Shown one piece after another: positions 37,682 to 42,398 of a stretch of DNA of 42,398 nucleotides. The translations under genes were made by a program, and so were the position numbers. The DNA is from Candidatus Latescibacterota bacterium (GTDB lineage Bacteria > Latescibacterota > UBA2968 > GCA-2709665). Each line of letters starts with the position of its first letter. Position 1 is the first letter of the stretch. The stretch is from positions 1 to 42,398 of the forward strand of contig CAXXJS010000066.1 in assembly GCA_963662665.2 (NCBI GenBank), in the 5' to 3' direction. The notes below the pieces were generated by a model. It worked only from the letters and a program-made list of their open reading frames with translations. It was not told where the DNA came from and did no database searches.

Positions 37682-38452
37682 TCAAGTCACACAATAACTG
37701 GCAGACGAATAGGTCACCGACTGCCCGGGTTGCAGTTCCACGACATTCGTATTGGGCGACAGGAAACCGACCATTTCCGAGAAGGCATCGATATCGGCAG
37801 GCTGGCCCACCGCCTCACCGTAATGACAAGGGATAACAATGTCCGGTCTGATCATACTCGCCGCGCGGGCGGCCTCCCGGATACCCATCGTGTACAGCCC
37901 GCCGACGGGAAGAATGGCGACCTGCGGGCCGTACATCTGGCTAATCAGTTGCATATCGCTGAACAGGGCCGTATCTGCCGTGTCGTATACGGATATACCA
38001 TTCGAAAACTGCATCACGATCCCGCACACGCCGCCGTCAGGCCGGAAGTATTCATCCTCAGGCGCGTCGCCCAGCGCCTGGTTTGGCGACATGGACAGCG
38101 AATGAAAGGCCTGGGTCGCCGTTATTCGCACGCCATTCACGTCGATGGTGCCGCCCGGATTCATCGGACGTGCCTGTTCGCCCAGAACCAGGCCATTTTT
38201 CGCTGCGGCCAGGCAGAGTTCGTAGTTGCCGGCAAATCTGGCGCCCGTCGTTTTGCATATCGCAAACGAGTCGCCGATGTGATCGTCGTGTCCATGCGTC
38301 GCAATCACCACGTCGGCGCGATCTACGTCGGACACACTCAATCGGGTGGTGGGATTGTTATCCAACCATGGGTCGAAATACACCACTTCACCCGTCTCGG
38401 GCTCAAGGCGGAACGACGCGTGTCCCAGCAAGGTGATCTTTATGGTCGCCAT
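37682..38452 (-). CDS. Metallo-beta-lactamase fold hydrolase (UPF0173-like)
   Basis: LGHASF, DPW, THGHDDHIGD, AFHS, ADT, LPVGG..TMG, IPCHY; start ATG 38452. Confidence 0.88.
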   Translation of the reverse strand: MATIKITLLGHASFRLEPETGEVVYFDPWLDNNPTTRLSVSDVDRADVVIATHGHDDHIGDSFAICKTTGARFAGNYELCLAAAKNGLVLGEQARPMNPGGTIDVNGVRITATQAFHSLSMSPNQALGDAPEDEYFRPDGGVCGIVMQFSNGISVYDTADTALFSDMQLISQMYGPQVAILPVGGLYTMGIREAARAASMIRPDIVIPCHYGEAVGQPADIDAFSEMVGFLSPNTNVVELQPGQSVTYSSASYCVT

Positions 38453-38562
38453 CAGAAACCTCCCGTTTGCATTTTCCAATCTACGGCTAAATCCGGCCCT
38501 GCGGATACTGGCATTGCGCCGCAGCCATTGGCCGACGCTGTATGTCGGGCGCCGCCCGACGC

Positions 38563-39651
38563 TCACGGGACCACGGGAACGGCCGCGCCCACTCTGTCTC
38601 CAGTCTCCGAGATCTGCCGCCAGGTTTCGTCATCCACGGATACGCCCTCGGTCTCGCCCTTTCGGCGCAGGCGGTATTCGATCTCACCGGGCATGTGGAT
38701 ACGGTCGAACCCCGGCATCAGCCTCGAACTCTTCAAATACTCAACGAAGCCGTCCACTTCGCCCCGGAACCGTTCCGAAGAAGTAAACGACTCCAGGTGG
38801 ATCGCCATCAGAAAAACTCCGTTTCCGCCGGAAGGAGCGCCGTCTCTGCTGCAACCGCCGCCGCCGAGCGCGCCGGAGAGAATGTCGATGACAACTGCCA
38901 GTGCATACCCCTTATGTGCCGAATTCCCCCCGAAAGGGAGAATTGCGCCCCTCGGCGGACCGTAGAAATCGTCAGGCGAATCAGTCGGTCTGCCTTCCGC
39001 GTCAATCGCCCAGTCTTTTGGCAGAGGTTCGCTCCGGTTGCGCTTCACGCGGATCTTGCCTTCCGCAACCACGCTGGTTGTCATGTCCACGACAATTGGA
39101 AACTCGCCACCGGTCGGCACGCCTATGGCTACTGGATTGGGTGACATCCGGGCGTCTATCCCCCCGAACGGAGATAGCAGTCGCCCGCCACCGTGGTTGT
39201 TGCACATAACAATGCCGATCATTCCGCTCTCTGCGGCCTGCTCCACGTATTCACCGAGGCGTCCGATGTGGCTGCTATTGAACAACTCCACTGCCGCGAC
39301 GGATCTTTCGCGGGCTTTTCGCAACGCCAGTTCCATGGCTTGCGCACAAACCGTCTGTCCGAAGCCCCATTGTCCGTCGACAACCGCCGAAGCATCCGCC
39401 TCGCGGGTGACGCGTATGACACGGCCGGCCTTTACGATTCCGTCCTCCAGGGCCTGTATGTATTGAGGGAGCCGTATCACACCGTGCGAGTCGTGACCCA
39501 TCAGATTCGCGAGAACCAGGGAATGAGCGATCCTGCGCGCTTCCGCTTCGGATAGTCCCGCCCCTTCCATCACCCGTGTACAGACCTGCTCGAGAGATTC
39601 AACCCCGATGACCGGCATCATGGCTCCCAATCGATGCGAGCGTGACGACAT
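38563..39651 (-). CDS. Ldh_2 family (malate/L-lactate/ureidoglycolate dehydrogenase-like) oxidoreductase
   Basis: GHDSHGVIRL, DGQWGFGQ, HIGRLG, NP, DMTTS, HKGYAL, MPGE. The start may be ATG 39621 or 39618. Confidence 0.92.
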   Translation of the reverse strand: MSSRSHRLGAMMPVIGVESLEQVCTRVMEGAGLSEAEARRIAHSLVLANLMGHDSHGVIRLPQYIQALEDGIVKAGRVIRVTREADASAVVDGQWGFGQTVCAQAMELALRKARERSVAAVELFNSSHIGRLGEYVEQAAESGMIGIVMCNNHGGGRLLSPFGGIDARMSPNPVAIGVPTGGEFPIVVDMTTSVVAEGKIRVKRNRSEPLPKDWAIDAEGRPTDSPDDFYGPPRGAILPFGGNSAHKGYALAVVIDILSGALGGGGCSRDGAPSGGNGVFLMAIHLESFTSSERFRGEVDGFVEYLKSSRLMPGFDRIHMPGEIEYRLRRKGETEGVSVDDETWRQISETGDRVGAAVPVVP

Positions 39652-39675
39652 TCGTCACTTACAACCGGACTATCT

Positions 39676-40065
39676 TCATACCATGGGATCTTTCCGCTTC
39701 AGGACCTGAATAGCCACACCCCAGGGGTCTCGCAACATGGCCAGCTGGTCGCCGGAATCCGTAGTATACACCTCGTCCACGAGCGTCGCGCCAGCTTCAA
39801 GCAACCGGTCGCATTCGCCCTGGATGTCGTCCGCGTAGAATGCAAAGTGGAGAATTGACACATGCATCGATGCATAGTCGGGGGTGTTGAGCGTGTCTTT
39901 CTCATAAATCTCAAACATGGTTTTTCCAGATGCGTCTCTAAGAAACGTCATGTGCGTGGGCGGGCCACCGTACCGGACCAATTCCATGCCCAGATGATTG
40001 CACCACCAATCGGCGACGGTCCTAGTATCGTCAACCAGAAATGCGGTATGCTCAAAGTTCAACAT
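39676..40065 (-). CDS. VOC/glyoxalase family protein
   Basis: FEHTAF, FEIY, HFAF, LRDPWG. ATG 40065 follows AGAGGAG. Confidence 0.85.
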   Translation of the reverse strand: MLNFEHTAFLVDDTRTVADWWCNHLGMELVRYGGPPTHMTFLRDASGKTMFEIYEKDTLNTPDYASMHVSILHFAFYADDIQGECDRLLEAGATLVDEVYTTDSGDQLAMLRDPWGVAIQVLKRKDPMV

Positions 40066-40315
40066 ATCCGGATGCTCCTCTCGGTTTGATGCTTCGTTCC
40101 CAACGCCAACCATAAACCGAACGCCGCTGCGCTTCCATTCTGTCCGGGCCGGACCGGTCAGCTCAGGAAAAAAGCCTGCTGTATTGTCCTGCCTGACCAA
40201 CGTATCGCGTTCAGTGAGCTCGATTTTGATCAAGACTGCACAAAATAGGGCCTTTTGCGGATCCGGGCAAGCGCAATCCTTGAATTCTTGCGGGTTCCCT
40301 TGGCCGGGTACGCCC

Positions 40316-41317
40316 TCAATCGCGGGGAATTGGCAAATCCACCCTCACGTTTCCCCGCCGCTGTGACTCCAGGAATCCCACCATAATCTCAACGACCCGG
40401 TGCGCATCTCTTGCCGGCGAGACCGGTTCGCCGCCTTTATCGACCAGGGACACCAGTTCCCGTACCCCGGCGGGAATGCCGCTTACGGACCACGCGGGCG
40501 CCCGGATCACCTCACGCTCACCACCACGAATGAGTACCGCATCGTCTCTGCTGACCTGTACGTATCCCGTCGTACCCACAATTTCACACCTGAATTTCGG
40601 ATCTGCGGAGGATTTCGATCCACCCACAAAGAATCCGCGCACCCCGTTGGCGAAATGGATATAGCCGCTGGCAGACGGCTCGGTGGCCGGATCGTGTCCG
40701 CCGTCGCCCCGATACTCCGTGTAATCCTCATATCCGGCCTCCAACTCCGCAAACACCCAATCCGGGTCCGAATCTGCGAAATAACAGATCGAATCCACGA
40801 GGTGGGTGCCGTTCCTGAACAACATCGAACGCCGGCCGTTCAGCGCCCCCACGATATACTGCACCCGACCGATCTCTCCGCCATCCACAATCTGCTCCCT
40901 GATATGGCGCCATAGCGGCAGGAAGCGTCTCGTGTGATCTACGGAAAGAATCACGCCGTTTCGTTCAGCAGCCTGCACCATCCGATCCGCGTCCGCCAAA
41001 TTGGTTGCCAGGGGTTTCTCGCAGAAAATCCCCCGTACGCCCGCATTGGCCGCATCCACCACCAGATCAGCGTGCCGGTGATCGGACGTCGCCACGGTGA
41101 CAATATCGAGACTCTCTCTCGCCAGCATTTCACGGTGATCCGTATATTGATTGATTCCTGGCCATTCGGACTGCCATCTTTCACTGAAAGCGACAAGCTC
41201 TGACTCCGCCAGGTCGCATGCGGCCGCCAGGGTCGCATTCCGCAGTCCGACCAGTCCCGATGCATGCGCAACGCCAATTCCTCTACAGCCGATTACACCG
41301 ACGCGGTACCTTGCCAT
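40316..41317 (-). CDS. Gfo/Idh/MocA family oxidoreductase
   Basis: VGVIGCRGIG Rossmann motif, H, CEKPLA, RRF, GTHLVD. Confidence 0.92.
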   Translation of the reverse strand: MARYRVGVIGCRGIGVAHASGLVGLRNATLAAACDLAESELVAFSERWQSEWPGINQYTDHREMLARESLDIVTVATSDHRHADLVVDAANAGVRGIFCEKPLATNLADADRMVQAAERNGVILSVDHTRRFLPLWRHIREQIVDGGEIGRVQYIVGALNGRRSMLFRNGTHLVDSICYFADSDPDWVFAELEAGYEDYTEYRGDGGHDPATEPSASGYIHFANGVRGFFVGGSKSSADPKFRCEIVGTTGYVQVSRDDAVLIRGGEREVIRAPAWSVSGIPAGVRELVSLVDKGGEPVSPARDAHRVVEIMVGFLESQRRGNVRVDLPIPRD

Positions 41318-42072
41318 CAGATGTCCCTTTCCCGCGATGCGTAGTCACCCTTCAGATAACGGATTGTCTCGTCCATCCCCGCGTCCACGGCCGCCCTGTA
41401 AAACCGCATCCGCCGATCGCCATCGAGAAATGGCGTCGCCATTTCCACGTTCCTTTCCCAGATGCGACGCGCTTCGTCCTCCGGCATTTCGCAGCGCCTC
41501 AATCTGAGAAATACGCGTTCCACTTCCCAGGGATCGTCCTCAATCGCCCAGGGCTTGACCAGTTCAAGGTACTCGCCCACCACCTTGCAATCGATAAAAC
41601 CAACGCTGTCCTCGCGTTGGAATCGGTGAATTGCAGTCGTATATCTGGAATTGGCGATCGAGAATTCGTCCACCATCGACCAGAGACCCATAACGATCGG
41701 TCGCCAGTCTGTAACGCCGTAAACGTGCAGAGTCACTTCATCCCGAAACGCCTCGTCTGCGGTCAGGTGGGAAATGTACCCAAGCATTACCGCCACGTCG
41801 GGGCCTGAGAGACACCTCGGATCGGCCAGGCCGGGATGTGCCCCGAACAGGCCCGCAACCGACCGCCCCCACGTCTCCCGGCGACCGTCCGTATAAAAGT
41901 GCGTGGCAAACTTTCCCTTGTTACCCACGAAACGCAGACCGTCCGGCGCGCACGTACCGGCGAGCAGGTCCGGCGTATATTCATCCGCGAATGCGGCTGC
42001 CTCCCGGCATTCCGTGTGAAATCGTTCGTGCAGGGCTGCCAGCAATGCAAAATGGCAACGGCCTCTTGGCAT
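41317..42072 (-). CDS. Hypothetical protein, zinc-dependent phospholipase C/S1-P1-like metal motifs
   Basis: MP..CH near the N-terminus, G..APD, THFY, GYISHLTADE. Its stop overlaps the Gfo/Idh/MocA ATG (TGATG). Confidence 0.6.
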   Translation of the reverse strand: MPRGRCHFALLAALHERFHTECREAAAFADEYTPDLLAGTCAPDGLRFVGNKGKFATHFYTDGRRETWGRSVAGLFGAHPGLADPRCLSGPDVAVMLGYISHLTADEAFRDEVTLHVYGVTDWRPIVMGLWSMVDEFSIANSRYTTAIHRFQREDSVGFIDCKVVGEYLELVKPWAIEDDPWEVERVFLRLRRCEMPEDEARRIWERNVEMATPFLDGDRRMRFYRAAVDAGMDETIRYLKGDYASRERDI

Positions 42073-42322
42073 CCGGGTTCCCTCAGCGTCGGAAAGATCG
42101 TACAGATCGGCGGGCAAGTCCCCCAAATCTAAGAGATGTACCCCGCCCGGTCAAGATTGAAAGGGCCGATCCATGTCCGGTGTGAACGTGCGACTTTCGA
42201 AAGCCACCGGAATGCCGCGTCCCCTTGTATGCCGGATTTTGAGTTGACGTGCGCCTGCATATCGTCTAAGTTCTGGCTGTCGTCGGATACACCAACTCAA
42301 CCTCCCATGCGCAGGTCGTTTC

Positions 42323-42398
42323 ATGTCCATGCTCGTCGGCGTCGATATCGGGGGTACCTTCACGGACATCCTGATTCTGGATGACGCCGGGGCGACTC
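42323..42398 (+). CDS. Second hydantoinase A/oxoprolinase subunit, N-terminus only (truncated by the window edge)
   Basis: Hand translation MSMLVGVDIGGTFTDILILDDAGAT; DIGGTFTD also occurs in the 27891-29978 paralog. Confidence 0.8.
   Translation, partial: MSMLVGVDIGGTFTDILILDDAGAT

Noticed and set aside
37730-38965. 411-aa plus-strand ORF, and similar long ORFs at 3662-4582, 23644-24477, 29463-30431, 30956-31915 and 35065-35973
   Set aside because: Antisense shadows of well-supported genes, expected at high GC; no recognisable motifs.
40066-40233. N-terminal extensions on the VOC protein, and on the MBL hydrolase (38453-38566)
   Set aside because: Better starts with an RBS coincide with the domain boundaries.
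1-42398. CRISPR arrays, IS elements, tandem repeats, known defence systems
   Set aside because: No repeat-spacer periodicity, terminal inverted repeats, transposase, or nuclease/ATPase defence motifs were seen by eye; short dispersed repeats could have been missed.

Overview
GC-rich chromosomal window (about 60% GC by eye) from a diderm bacterium. The gene content suggests an FCB-group organism such as Latescibacterota or Gemmatimonadota, but that is inference. The first 13.3 kb is a minus-strand housekeeping block. In transcription order it runs: YdiJ-like FAD/Fe-S oxidoreductase, acyP, apt, tRNA-Arg(CCT), an enolase-superfamily dehydratase, an orphan two-gene operon, then ruvX-mltG-pcrA and gatC-pyrG-lptC-lptA. 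From 13.5 to 21.5 kb are a ceramidase-like protein, a DegT aminotransferase, an exported YyaL-DsbD fusion with arsC, and a convergent DUF547-arsS pair. From 21.5 to 30 kb are GH88, a lipoprotein, a lone rfbA, a BNR-4 propeller and hydantoinase/oxoprolinase A/B. Next come tRNA-Gly(GCC), a class V aminotransferase, a zinc-ribbon rhomboid, nine co-oriented redox/hydrolase genes and the start of a second hydantoinase A. I found no mobile element, CRISPR array or recognisable defence system. The best leads are: (1) an intrinsic terminator between gatC and pyrG with the geometry of the E. coli rph-pyrE attenuator; (2) a divergent PyrG directly abutting lptC with no kds genes; (3) a compact arsenic/thiol-redox cluster; (4) an orphan two-gene operon with a near-consensus promoter.
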